A DNA stretch of 64,000 nucleotides. Origin: Methanomassiliicoccaceae archaeon. GTDB lineage: Archaea; Thermoplasmatota; Thermoplasmata; Methanomassiliicoccales; Methanomassiliicoccaceae. The position numbers and the translations under genes were made by a program. Of the stretch, positions 47,767-56,530 are shown piece by piece (position 1 is the first letter of the stretch; the number at the start of each line of letters is the position of its first letter). The notes beneath the pieces are model-generated. The model did not search any database and was not told where the DNA came from. It saw only the letters and a program-made list of their open reading frames with translations. Location of the stretch: positions 320,001-384,000 of the forward strand of contig CAVSJV010000017.1 of NCBI GenBank assembly GCA_963728405.1, written 5' to 3'.

Positions 47767-47807
47767 TCACTCACCGCCCCAATGCCTCAGAAATCGGATC
47801 AATGCGG

Positions 47808-48119
47808 CTAGTGCATCTCCTCCATGGCCCTGGTAAGCCGCTTTCTAGTATATTCACGCACCGCGTTACGGATGGCATCGTCGATGGATACGGAATCACC
47901 ATCCTTGACCAGACATTCCAGCTCCACCACGTTGCCCTTGGGCAGCTCTACCGTCACCCGCTCGATATGGTCCGGGGTGAAGTGGCTGTCCACGAAGCTC
48001 TCTATAGCCGCCCTGATGGCATCAGAGATCGTGGGGAACTTACCCTCTCTGACCAAGGTCTCGAGAGCATCCACCTTGTCGCTGGGTATCCTGATAGTTA
48101 TCCTTTCCGTGTCGCTCAT
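47808..48119 (-). CDS. Ribbon-helix-helix regulator with two tandem RHH units (CdrS-like)
   Basis: ERITIRIP...LV..G.FPTISDAIRAAI and a second ERVTVELP...LV..G...SIDDAIRNAVR; upstream of ftsZ. Confidence 0.85.
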   Translation of the reverse strand: MSDTERITIRIPSDKVDALETLVREGKFPTISDAIRAAIESFVDSHFTPDHIERVTVELPKGNVVELECLVKDGDSVSIDDAIRNAVREYTRKRLTRAMEEMH

Positions 48120-48155
48120 GCCCGTTCGCTCGAAAGATGCGTCCGACGATATCAG

Positions 48156-48200
48156 TACAATTGTCAGACAAATGTCATTATGTAGTATTGACTATATAAG
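48156..48200 (-). promoter_or_regulatory. TATA box plus GACA/TGTC repeat boxes upstream of the RHH-ftsZ operon
   Basis: CTTATATA (minus strand, ~48193-48200) next to TACA-N2-TGTC-A-GACA-N2-TGTC-N4-TGTA. Confidence 0.45.
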
Positions 48201-48415
48201 ATTATATGGGAACAACTTCGCAGAGCCAGTTCGGCTGGTTCCGTCCCTTGGCTCATTTATCGACATTTCTGTATCAAAAACATCTAGTTTTGATCGGCCA
48301 ACCGGTCAGCGGTCAGTATAAATACGTTTTTTCATGTGGCAGATTGGACGCTGGCACCGGTACGGAACGCAAAAGCTTTATAAAGGTATATAAATACCTT
48401 GGGCCAGGTGACCGT

Positions 48416-48964
48416 ATGGCCAAGATCAAGATCGAGAATGTTGTTGCTTCCACATCCCTTGGTGAGGAGCTCGACCTGCAGGCGATTGCACTGTCCCTTG
48501 AAGGCGCGGAGTACGAGCCCGAGCAGTTTCCAGGTCTCATCTACAGATTGAAGGAGCCTAAGACCGCGACCCTGCTGTTCAGGAGCGGAAAGGTAGTGTG
48601 CACCGGGGCCAAGAGCCTGGAGCACGTCAAGGTGGCCATCAACAAGGTCGCCAAGCAGATCGAGAAGGCCGGCATCAATATCAAGGTGGAGCCCAAGATC
48701 GAGGTCCAGAACATCGTGGCCTCGTCCGATCTGGGCCAGGAGATCAACCTCAACGCTATCGCCATATCCCTGGGCCTGGAGAGGGTGGAGTACGAGCCTG
48801 AACAGTTCCCCGGACTGGTCTACCGTTTGGACGAGCCCAAGGTGGTCGTCCTACTGTTCGGCTCCGGCAAGCTGGTCTGCACTGGCGCCAGGAAGCCTCA
48901 GGACGTCGAGGCCGCGGTCAACAAGATCACCGAGGAGCTCAAGGCAGCGGGGCTACTGCGCTGA
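48416..48964 (+). CDS. tbp: TATA-box binding protein
   Basis: Two direct repeats of NVVAS...EYEPEQFPGL.YRL.EPK...LF.SGK.VCTGA. Confidence 0.98.
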   Translation: MAKIKIENVVASTSLGEELDLQAIALSLEGAEYEPEQFPGLIYRLKEPKTATLLFRSGKVVCTGAKSLEHVKVAINKVAKQIEKAGINIKVEPKIEVQNIVASSDLGQEINLNAIAISLGLERVEYEPEQFPGLVYRLDEPKVVVLLFGSGKLVCTGARKPQDVEAAVNKITEELKAAGLLR

Positions 48965-49803
48965 ATCGAGTTCCTATCTTCGATAACCATCTACACCTCC
49001 AGCCCTCCGGGAGGGGGGTGGAGGCCCTCAAGGACTTTTCCAAAGCCGGAGGAACGCATGCGATGCTCTGCCACCTCCCTTATCCTGAGGTCACCATAAG
49101 CTCCCCCACCGACTTCGCCGAGTCATACCGGATTACGGTGCGAATGGCCGAGCGAGGAAATGAGGAGACCGATGTTAAGGTGTTCGCCTGCGTCGGCCCC
49201 TATCCGGTGCTGCTGCTCTCGCTGTCTGAACGCTTCGGCCTAGCTAGGGCCGTGGAGGTAATGAAGGGTGGGATGGAGGAAGCGCAGAAGGTTGTTCTGG
49301 AGGGGCACGCCGTCGCCATTGGCGAGATCGGTCGGCCCCATTTTCCTGTTCCTCCGGACATCTGGGAGGCATCGAACGATATCATGGGCTACGGCATGGA
49401 GCTGGCTCGGGATGCGTCCTGTCCGGTCGTCCTACATACCGAGAGCAGCGACCCGACGGTAATGCTGGACCTGGCCCAGCGGGCCGATATGGCAGGGTTG
49501 AGCAGGGAGAAGGTCGTAAAGCACTATTCTCCCCCACTCGTCCTTGAGGAGGAGAACCATGGTCTGTTCCCCTCGGTCCTGGCGAGCAAGCCGGCGATAA
49601 ACGAGGCCCTCTCAAAAGGCGACCGCTTCGTCATGGAGACCGACTTCCTCGATGAGCCGTCCCGGCCGGGAGCGGTAATGAACATCAATACGGTGCCGAA
49701 GCGTACCAAGGCCCTGCTTTCCTCAGGGGCGCTATCCGAGGAAAGGGCGATACGCATCCATAAGGACAACCCCGAGCGGATTTACAAGATAAAGGTTGAT
49801 TGA
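48961..49803 (+). CDS. TatD-family metal-dependent hydrolase (probable CTG start overlapping the tbp stop)
   Basis: In-frame IFDNHLH upstream of the called GTG, GPYP, AIGEIGRPHF, LHTE, KHYS, METDFLD.PSRPGAV. Confidence 0.88.
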   Translation: MNRVPIFDNHLHLQPSGRGVEALKDFSKAGGTHAMLCHLPYPEVTISSPTDFAESYRITVRMAERGNEETDVKVFACVGPYPVLLLSLSERFGLARAVEVMKGGMEEAQKVVLEGHAVAIGEIGRPHFPVPPDIWEASNDIMGYGMELARDASCPVVLHTESSDPTVMLDLAQRADMAGLSREKVVKHYSPPLVLEEENHGLFPSVLASKPAINEALSKGDRFVMETDFLDEPSRPGAVMNINTVPKRTKALLSSGALSEERAIRIHKDNPERIYKIKVD

Positions 49804-50079
49804 CTACCGTCTGATGGAGAATGAATCGAACTCCCCCGTCGGCTCGGTCCACTTCGCCTCGAACCTCTCGACATGGGCCACCGGGTGCTCCTTGCACAGG
49901 CGATGGATGACCTGCTCGATGTCTTTTTTCTCTCCTTCGAACACCGCCTGCACCGATCCATCGGGAAGGTTCTGGACCCAACCGTGGACCTCTTGCCGGA
50001 TGGAATATCGTCTGGTATATGCACGGAACGATACCCCTTGGACCTTTCCGAAGAATTGGACCTCAGCTCTGGCCTTCAT
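49804..50079 (-). CDS. acyP: Acylphosphatase
   Basis: GKVQGVSFR, GWVQNLPDGSV. Confidence 0.92.
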   Translation of the reverse strand: MKARAEVQFFGKVQGVSFRAYTRRYSIRQEVHGWVQNLPDGSVQAVFEGEKKDIEQVIHRLCKEHPVAHVERFEAKWTEPTGEFDSFSIRR

Positions 50080-50367
50080 GTTCCTTCCTACAGGCGGCAG
50101 TATGACCAGACTGGACCTAATATTATCGGTCAATTGATTGGCCCTTCCAGTCGGCAATGCAACACATTTCGACAGGGCGTTTTATCCTCTCTGACGGAGA
50201 GAGCTCCTTACATCGGTCCTCCTACGGCCTGATTCGAGCGCCCTGGCTTTCGCAAGGACCAACTTTTCCACGCTGCGAGGTCGGTGGAATATGATTGTTC
50301 CAGGCCCCTGTCGATAAATAAAGTTATTTATATCCAATAACAGCATTTCGCCTTTTAGGGATGCACT

Positions 50368-51501
50368 ATGAAATCTTTGGTCGAGGAAGCGCTGGCTAGA
50401 GAGAGCGCTACCGGTCCATCTTTTGGATCGGCGGTCGGATCGGCAAGGCCAGCAAACCAGCAGGCCAGTTCTGCGGACGCGGAACTGCTAGAACTATTGC
50501 AGAAGCTCAAGACGAACATCAAGATCATCGGCTGCGGGGGCGGCGGGTCGAACACCATCAACCGCATAGCCCTCGAAGGCATCACCGGGGCCGAGCTGTA
50601 CGCAGCGAACACCGACGCGCAGCACTTGCTAGCGGTCAGGGTCCCTCATAAAATTCTACTAGGCAGGCGTTCCACCCGCGGACTGGGGGCCGGCGCACTT
50701 CCCAAGATAGGGGAGGAATCGGCCATGGAGGCGGAGGAAGAGATCCGTAAGGCCCTCATGGACGCCAACATCGTCTTCGTCACCGCCGGCATGGGCGGCG
50801 GGACCGGAACGGGCTCCGCCCCGTACGTGGCTAAACTGGCCAAGGACATAGGGGCGCTCACCATTGCAGTCACCACCGTTCCGTTCAGGGGCGAAGGGAA
50901 GATGAGGATGGAGAACGCCGAGTGGGGGCTGGAGCGGCTGAGGAACGCCGCGGACACCGTCATCGTCATCCCCAACGACAAGCTCTTGGAACTGTGCCCC
51001 CGCCTCTCCATCAACGCGGCCTTCAAGGTCGCCGACGAGGTCCTGATGAGGGCCATAAAGGGAATAACCGAGCTAATCACCAAGCCCGGGCTGGTGAACC
51101 TCGACTTCAACGATGTTAAGACCATCATGAAGGGCGCCGGGGTCGCCATGATCGGCCTTGGCGAATCAAATGGTCAGACCGATGACCGCGCCACCGAAGC
51201 GATCGAGGACGCGCTAAACTCCCCACTACTGGACGTTGATATCAGCACCGCCACCGGTGTCCTGGTCAACGTAGTGGGTGGAGCGGATATGACCATATCT
51301 GAGGCCCAGAAGGTCGCTGAGGTCCTGCAGTCGAAGGTGTCCAGCTCTGCGCGCATCATATGGGGTGCCGGAGTGGACCCGTCCATGGACCACAAGATCC
51401 GAGTGATGGTCGTAATTACCGGGGTCAAGTCCAACCAGATCCTGGGTAAGTCCACCGACAATACTCGTCTAAAGGACACCGATGTCGATTTCATCAAGTA
51501 G
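50368..51501 (+). CDS. ftsZ: Cell division protein FtsZ (FtsZ1-type, copy a)
   Basis: [35 protein letters not shown]-terminal DVDFIK. Confidence 0.96.
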   Translation: MKSLVEEALARESATGPSFGSAVGSARPANQQASSADAELLELLQKLKTNIKIIGCGGGGSNTINRIALEGITGAELYAANTDAQHLLAVRVPHKILLGRRSTRGLGAGALPKIGEESAMEAEEEIRKALMDANIVFVTAGMGGGTGTGSAPYVAKLAKDIGALTIAVTTVPFRGEGKMRMENAEWGLERLRNAADTVIVIPNDKLLELCPRLSINAAFKVADEVLMRAIKGITELITKPGLVNLDFNDVKTIMKGAGVAMIGLGESNGQTDDRATEAIEDALNSPLLDVDISTATGVLVNVVGGADMTISEAQKVAEVLQSKVSSSARIIWGAGVDPSMDHKIRVMVVITGVKSNQILGKSTDNTRLKDTDVDFIK

Positions 51502-51536
51502 GCTTTCGCCAAACTAGCGTAGCGCACCTCCCCAAC

Positions 51537-51570
51537 GGCCGGGGACCCCTCCGGCCTCTCTTTTTTTCAT
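51537..51570 (+). terminator. Hairpin plus T-tract between the two ftsZ1 copies
   Basis: GGCCGG-GGACCCCT-CCGGCC followed by TCTCTTTTTTT. Confidence 0.6.
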
Positions 51571-51691
51571 TTCCAGACATTCTCAGGGGCGGCCTACGAG
51601 CACCGAAAGACTTTTACCCATAAATGCGTCTTAACCTTCGCCCGGGCGACCCCACAGCGCTAATGCTGAGCTTCGTCCAGGGGGGCTTATA

Positions 51692-52795
51692 ATGAAGTCG
51701 TTCCTCAGTGACGCCATATCCCGCGCAGGTGCTCAGGGCGGAGATCTCGGTCCAACCTACAGTGAGTACTCCTCGGCCGATCAGGAGCTCATCAAGATAC
51801 TCGAGAGCCTTAAGACCAACATCAAGATCATCGGCTGCGGCGGAGGGGGCACGAACACCATCGACCGGCTCTCCGAGGTCGGGATCGTGGGCGCTGACAT
51901 CTACGCAGCGAACACCGACGCGCAGCACTTGCTAGCGATCAGAGCCCCCCATAAGATTCTACTAGGCAGGCGTTCCACCCGCGGACTTGGTGCTGGAGCC
52001 CTACCCCAGATCGGAGAGGAAGCAGCCAAGGAGGCCGAAGAGGACCTGAGGAAGATCCTCACCGGCGCGGATATTGTCTTCGTCACCGCCGGCATGGGCG
52101 GCGGGACCGGAACGGGCTCCGCCCCGTACGTGGCCAAGATCGCCAAGGACATGGGCGCGCTCACCATCGCCATCGTCACCTATCCATTCAAGGCCGAGGG
52201 AGCCATCCGCTCCGAGAACGCCGAGTGGGGCCTGGAGCGGCTGAGGCAGTCGGCCGATACGGTCATCGTAGTACCGAACGACAAGCTCTTGGAGCTGTGC
52301 CCGCGGCTGGCCCTCAACGCGGCCTTCAAGGTCGCCGACGAGGTCCTGGTCCGCGCAATTAAAGGGATCACCGAACTAATCACCAAGCCCGGGCTGGTGA
52401 ACCTCGACTTCAACGACCTGAAGACCATCATGAAGGGCGCCGGGGTCGCCATGATCGGCCTTGGCGAAGGCGATGACGACGACCGCATCGAGCACGCCAT
52501 CAACGAGGCGACCAACTCCCCGCTCATCGACGTGGACATCTCCGGCGCGACCGGAGCGCTTGTGAACGTCACCGGCGGCGAGAACATGTCTATCTCCGAG
52601 GCAGAGAAGGTCGCCGAGATCGTCCAAGCTAAGATCTCTCCCAACGCTCGCATCATATGGGGTGCCGGAGTGGACCCGGCCCTCATGGACACCGTCAGGG
52701 TCATGGTAGTGATCACCGGTGTGAAATCGAAGAACATCATCGGGCCACGCGAGGAGCGGGCCTCGAAAATCGTCGACGTCGACTTTATTAAGTAG
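51692..52795 (+). CDS. ftsZ: Cell division protein FtsZ (FtsZ1-type, copy b)
   Basis: Same motifs; occupies the conserved archaeal ftsZ1-secE-spt5 position. Confidence 0.96.
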   Translation: MKSFLSDAISRAGAQGGDLGPTYSEYSSADQELIKILESLKTNIKIIGCGGGGTNTIDRLSEVGIVGADIYAANTDAQHLLAIRAPHKILLGRRSTRGLGAGALPQIGEEAAKEAEEDLRKILTGADIVFVTAGMGGGTGTGSAPYVAKIAKDMGALTIAIVTYPFKAEGAIRSENAEWGLERLRQSADTVIVVPNDKLLELCPRLALNAAFKVADEVLVRAIKGITELITKPGLVNLDFNDLKTIMKGAGVAMIGLGEGDDDDRIEHAINEATNSPLIDVDISGATGALVNVTGGENMSISEAEKVAEIVQAKISPNARIIWGAGVDPALMDTVRVMVVITGVKSKNIIGPREERASKIVDVDFIK

Positions 52796-52841
52796 ATGTC
52801 TCTAACCTAACGCGCACAGCACTACTAAAGGACGTATTCAA

Positions 52842-53066
52842 ATGGATGTAGTGGAGAAGTCCTGGGAAGTCCAAAAGGACGTCGAGGAACGGGTCAGAAA
52901 GATTGGTAAAGGCAAATATGGTCGAATCATCAAGATGGCCCGCAAGCCCACCAACGATGAGTACATCAAAGTGGTCCAGATCACCGGTCTGGGACTGGCG
53001 CTCATCGGCGGATTGGGATTCCTGATATACTGGCTGATGACCTATTTACCCCAGTATTTCAGCTGA
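52842..53066 (+). CDS. secE: Protein translocase SecE/Sec61-gamma
   Basis: YGRIIKMARKPTNDEY...GLALIGGLGFLIY. Confidence 0.93.
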   Translation: MDVVEKSWEVQKDVEERVRKIGKGKYGRIIKMARKPTNDEYIKVVQITGLGLALIGGLGFLIYWLMTYLPQYFS

Positions 53067-53092
53067 TATAAACACGTTCAGGATTGATTAAA

Positions 53093-53968
53093 ATGAAAGA
53101 AGATTATCAGGCCGCCGCTCCCTCACCTGGAGGGGCCGGTATGCTATCGTTCACAGGCAAGGGTGGCGAAGCTAGTGTCCCCGCTTCCGGCATGACCAGC
53201 TGGAGCTTTCAGGTCAAGAGCAAGGAATCCAACAAGAAGAAGGTCCGTATGAAGGTGGCCGTCGAGCTCACCCCGGAGGACGCTGCTGAGTGGTCCATCC
53301 GTCTGCACGACGCGACCAACAGCTCCCTCTACGACAATCACAGCTCCCAGTCCACTCCGGAGTTCGACTTCTTCCTGGAGGGTTCCAAGCCCAAGGAGCT
53401 CCGGTTAGAGGCTCACGCCCCGATCGGATCGGCCTACAAGGACAGGGTCGTCATAAAGTTGGACGCTTGCTTGGTGGAATCCCCATCGGATTGCGACCAT
53501 TTGGAGTTCGCCGTCGAAGCAAGGCAATCCATTCTTGCGCTCAAGACCTCCATCGGACATGAGAAGGATGTGGCCGACGGCATCGGTTCCCGCGTCAAGG
53601 CCGGTAGGTCGGACATCTCCGCCATACTCGCGCCTACCAACCTCCGCGGCTATGTGCTCATCGAGGGCATGAACACCGATCGTATGAGGGACGCGGTGAA
53701 GGGCGTCAGAAAGGCCCACAGCTTCGTCGACGGTGAGATGAACTTCGCGGAGATCGATCACTACCTCGCCCCCAAGCCCCTAGTCTCGGGGATCATGGAA
53801 GGTGACGTGGTCGAGCTGGTGGCCGGACCGTTCAAGGGCGAGAAGGCCAGGGTCCAGAACATCGACGAGGCCAAGGAGGAGATCACCGTGGAGCTGTTCG
53901 AAGCGATGGTCCCCATCCCGGTGACGGTCAGAGGAGATCACGTAAGGGTTCTAGAGAAAGAAAGGTGA
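53093..53968 (+). CDS. spt5: Transcription elongation factor Spt5 (NusG) with ~145-aa N-terminal extension
   Basis: NGN domain (ALKTSIGHEK...LRGYVLIE) and KOW (EGDVVELVAGPFKGEKARV). Confidence 0.94.
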   Translation: MKEDYQAAAPSPGGAGMLSFTGKGGEASVPASGMTSWSFQVKSKESNKKKVRMKVAVELTPEDAAEWSIRLHDATNSSLYDNHSSQSTPEFDFFLEGSKPKELRLEAHAPIGSAYKDRVVIKLDACLVESPSDCDHLEFAVEARQSILALKTSIGHEKDVADGIGSRVKAGRSDISAILAPTNLRGYVLIEGMNTDRMRDAVKGVRKAHSFVDGEMNFAEIDHYLAPKPLVSGIMEGDVVELVAGPFKGEKARVQNIDEAKEEITVELFEAMVPIPVTVRGDHVRVLEKER

Positions 53969-53974
53969 AGCTAT

Positions 53975-54454
53975 ATGGCAGATACTATAGAGGTTTTAGT
54001 TGAAGGTGGCAGGGCCACCCCCGGTCAGCCCCTCGGCCCGGCCCTGGGCCCCCTGGGTGTGAACATCCCGAAAGTAGTCGCCGAGATCAACAACAAGACG
54101 AGGGCCTTCGACGGTATGAAGGTCCCGGTCAAGATCATCATCGACCCCAAGACCAAGAACTTCGAGGTCAAGGTCGGGACTCCCCCCACCTCCTCGCTCA
54201 TCTCTAAGGAGCTGGGCGTAGAGAAGGGTAGCGGTTCCCCCAAGGCCGTCAAGGTCGGCAACCTGACCATCGCCCAGGCCATCAAGATCGCTCAGATGAA
54301 GGGCGACTCGCTGATGGGCAAGGATCTGAAGATGAGGGTCCTGGAGGTCGTGGGAACCTGCACTTCGATGGGGGTCACCATCGAGGGACTGGATTCCAAG
54401 GTGGCCCGTACCGAGATACTGGCCGGCAAGTTCGACCAGCAGCTCGCCCTGTAG
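53975..54454 (+). CDS. rpl11: 50S ribosomal protein L11
   Basis: GGRATPGQPLGPALGPLG, GTPPTS, GTCTSMGV. Confidence 0.97.
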   Translation: MADTIEVLVEGGRATPGQPLGPALGPLGVNIPKVVAEINNKTRAFDGMKVPVKIIIDPKTKNFEVKVGTPPTSSLISKELGVEKGSGSPKAVKVGNLTIAQAIKIAQMKGDSLMGKDLKMRVLEVVGTCTSMGVTIEGLDSKVARTEILAGKFDQQLAL

Positions 54455-54478
54455 GGCGAGCTGATTCCTTTCCACAAA

Positions 54479-54551
54479 GTTTAAAAAGGATAGCTTGTTA
54501 AAGGAACCCGCACTGTAGGAGAGCTTTATTGCTCAATTGCACTACAGGAGG
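54479..54551 (+). promoter_or_regulatory. Internal promoter and L1-binding-site-like leader before rpl1
   Basis: TTTAAAAA TATA-like box at ~54480; CUGUAG-GA-GAGC-loop-GCUC-AAUUGCA-CUACAG stem with asymmetric internal loop abutting the GGAGG SD. Confidence 0.55.
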
Positions 54552-54559
54552 AATGTTAT

Positions 54560-55199
54560 TTGGTAGAGAAAACAACCCTAGCGGCCGTCAAAAAGGCACT
54601 TGAATCCTCCCCAAAGAGGAACTTCAAGGAGACCGTTGATCTGGCCATAAACCTCAGGGATGTGGACCTGTCTGTTCCCAAGAACAGGATACAGGAAGAC
54701 GTTGTTCTGCCACACGGAAGGGGTAAGGCGCTTAGGGTCTGCGTCATTGGTGGCGCTGAACTTGCCGCGAAGGCAAGGGGCGTAGCCGATGTTGTCATCA
54801 CTCCCGATGAGCTCGGGAAGATCGCTGACGATAAGAAGCAGGCCAAGAAGGTGGCCTCTCAGGTCGATTATTTCATCGCCGAGGCCCCCTTGATGCCCCT
54901 GATCGGTAAGCGCTTAGGTATCGTCCTCGCGCCGAGAGGCAAGATGCCAAAGCCCATACCGCCAGGAGCCGACCCCAAGCCCTTGATCGAGAACCTGCGC
55001 AAGAGCGTGTCGGTCCGTACTAAGGACCGCAAGACCTTCCAGGCTCCAGTGGGCACCGTGGAGATGAGCCCCGAGCAGATTGCAGAGAACTGTCGATGCC
55101 ATTCTTAAGAGGGTAATCGGCAAATTAGAGAAAGGCAAAATGAACATTGACTCGGCCTATGTTAAAACGACCATGGGTCCGTCGGAGAGATTGATTTAG
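54560..55199 (+). CDS. rpl1: 50S ribosomal protein L1 (frameshift near 55092)
   Basis: KRNFKETVDLAINL, LPHGRGK, LAPRGKMP; shifted tail YVKTTMGP. Confidence 0.95.
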
Positions 55200-55210
55200 G
55201 AGGCTTCGAG

Positions 55211-56203
55211 ATGGCACATGTAGCGTCTTGGAAGAAAGATAAGGTCAAGGAACTCACCGACGTTATGCTCAAGAACCAGGTCGTAGCCATCGTCGATGTC
55301 CACGGTATCCCCTCCCCGCAGATGCAGAACATGCGTCTCGGCATGAGGAAGAACGCCGCGGTGATGATGACCAGGAACAACCTCGTCCTCATTGCACTCG
55401 ATGAAGCGGCCAAAGAGAGGCCTGGTCTGGAGAAGCTGAAGCCGTTGGTCGGGGGACAGTGCGCCATCATCGCCACCCCCATGAACCCGTTCAAGCTGTT
55501 CCAGCACATGGAGGCCACCAAGTCCGCGGCTCCCGCCAAGGCGGGGGACGTGGCACCGGAGGACATCATCGTCAAAGAGGGAGAGACCCCTTTCAAGCCC
55601 GGCCCCATCGTGGGTGAGCTACAAAAGGCCGGTATCCCCGCGGCCATTGAGGGCGGGAAGATCGTTATCCGCAAGGAGAAGGTCCTGGTTGAGAAGGGAC
55701 ACAGGGTGTCCGAAGAGCTCGCCAAGATCCTACCTAAGCTGGAGATCCTCCCCATGACCGTCGGTATGGACCTGAGGGCCGCGTTCGAGGACGGCATAAT
55801 CTATGAAAAGGCCGTGCTCAACATACCCGTAGGCTATTACCCGACAATGCTGGCCACCGCGGCCAGGAATGCCACCGCTCTAGGTGTGAGCATCGTATAC
55901 CCGACCAAGCAGACCATCGGTCCGCTCATGGGCAAGGCATACCGCGAGGCTCGCGCCGTCAGTGTCAAGGCGGCAATCCCCACCAAAGACACCATCAGTC
56001 TTCTCCTGGCAAAGGCGAACGCAGAAATGCTCGCCGTTGCCACCCACGTTCCAGGGCTGGAGGATGACCGATTGAAGCAGCAGCTGTCAAAGGCTGCCGC
56101 GCCTGCGCCTCAGGAGAAGAAGGCCGAAAAGAAAGAAGAAGAGAAGAAGGCAGAGGTCAGCGAAGAGGAAGCCGCTGCAGGCCTTAGCTCTCTATTCGAT
56201 TGA
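55211..56203 (+). CDS. rplP0: 50S ribosomal protein L10 (P0)
   Basis: VASWK, MNPFKL, GETPFKPGP, acidic tail [12 protein letters not shown]. Confidence 0.96.
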   Translation: MAHVASWKKDKVKELTDVMLKNQVVAIVDVHGIPSPQMQNMRLGMRKNAAVMMTRNNLVLIALDEAAKERPGLEKLKPLVGGQCAIIATPMNPFKLFQHMEATKSAAPAKAGDVAPEDIIVKEGETPFKPGPIVGELQKAGIPAAIEGGKIVIRKEKVLVEKGHRVSEELAKILPKLEILPMTVGMDLRAAFEDGIIYEKAVLNIPVGYYPTMLATAARNATALGVSIVYPTKQTIGPLMGKAYREARAVSVKAAIPTKDTISLLLAKANAEMLAVATHVPGLEDDRLKQQLSKAAAPAPQEKKAEKKEEEKKAEVSEEEAAAGLSSLFD

Positions 56204-56226
56204 GATCAAATAACGGAGGAATGAAA

Positions 56227-56530
56227 ATGGAATACATATACAGCGCCTTGGTTCTTCACGCCGCTGGAAAGACCGTCAACGAGGATTCGATCGCGAACTG
56301 TCCTGAAGAGCGCCGGCGTTGAGCCGGATGCTGCCAGGGTAAAGGCCCTAACCGGCTCCCTTGAGGGTGTCAACATCGACGAGGCCATCGCCTCGGCCGC
56401 TGTTGCTGCCGCTCCGGCCGCAGCCGTCGCTGCCCCAGCCGAGCACAAGGAGAAGAAGAAGGAAGAAGAGAAGAAGCCGGAAGTCAGCGAAGAGGAAGCC
56501 GCCGCTGGTCTGTCCGCCCTGTTCGGTTGA
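56227..56530 (+). CDS. rpl12: 50S ribosomal protein L12 (P1; frameshift near 56285)
   Basis: [11 protein letters not shown]; Ala-rich hinge; [13 protein letters not shown] on reconstruction. Confidence 0.93.

Noticed and set aside
48416-48964. Direct DNA repeat GAGTACGAGCC...CAGTT.CC.GG.CT
   Set aside because: Reflects the normal two-fold internal repeat of TBP, not a mobile or CRISPR repeat.
56100-56530. Repeated GTCAGCGAAGAGGAAGCCGC and AAG-rich tracts
   Set aside because: Homologous C-terminal tails of the ribosomal stalk proteins P0 and L12.
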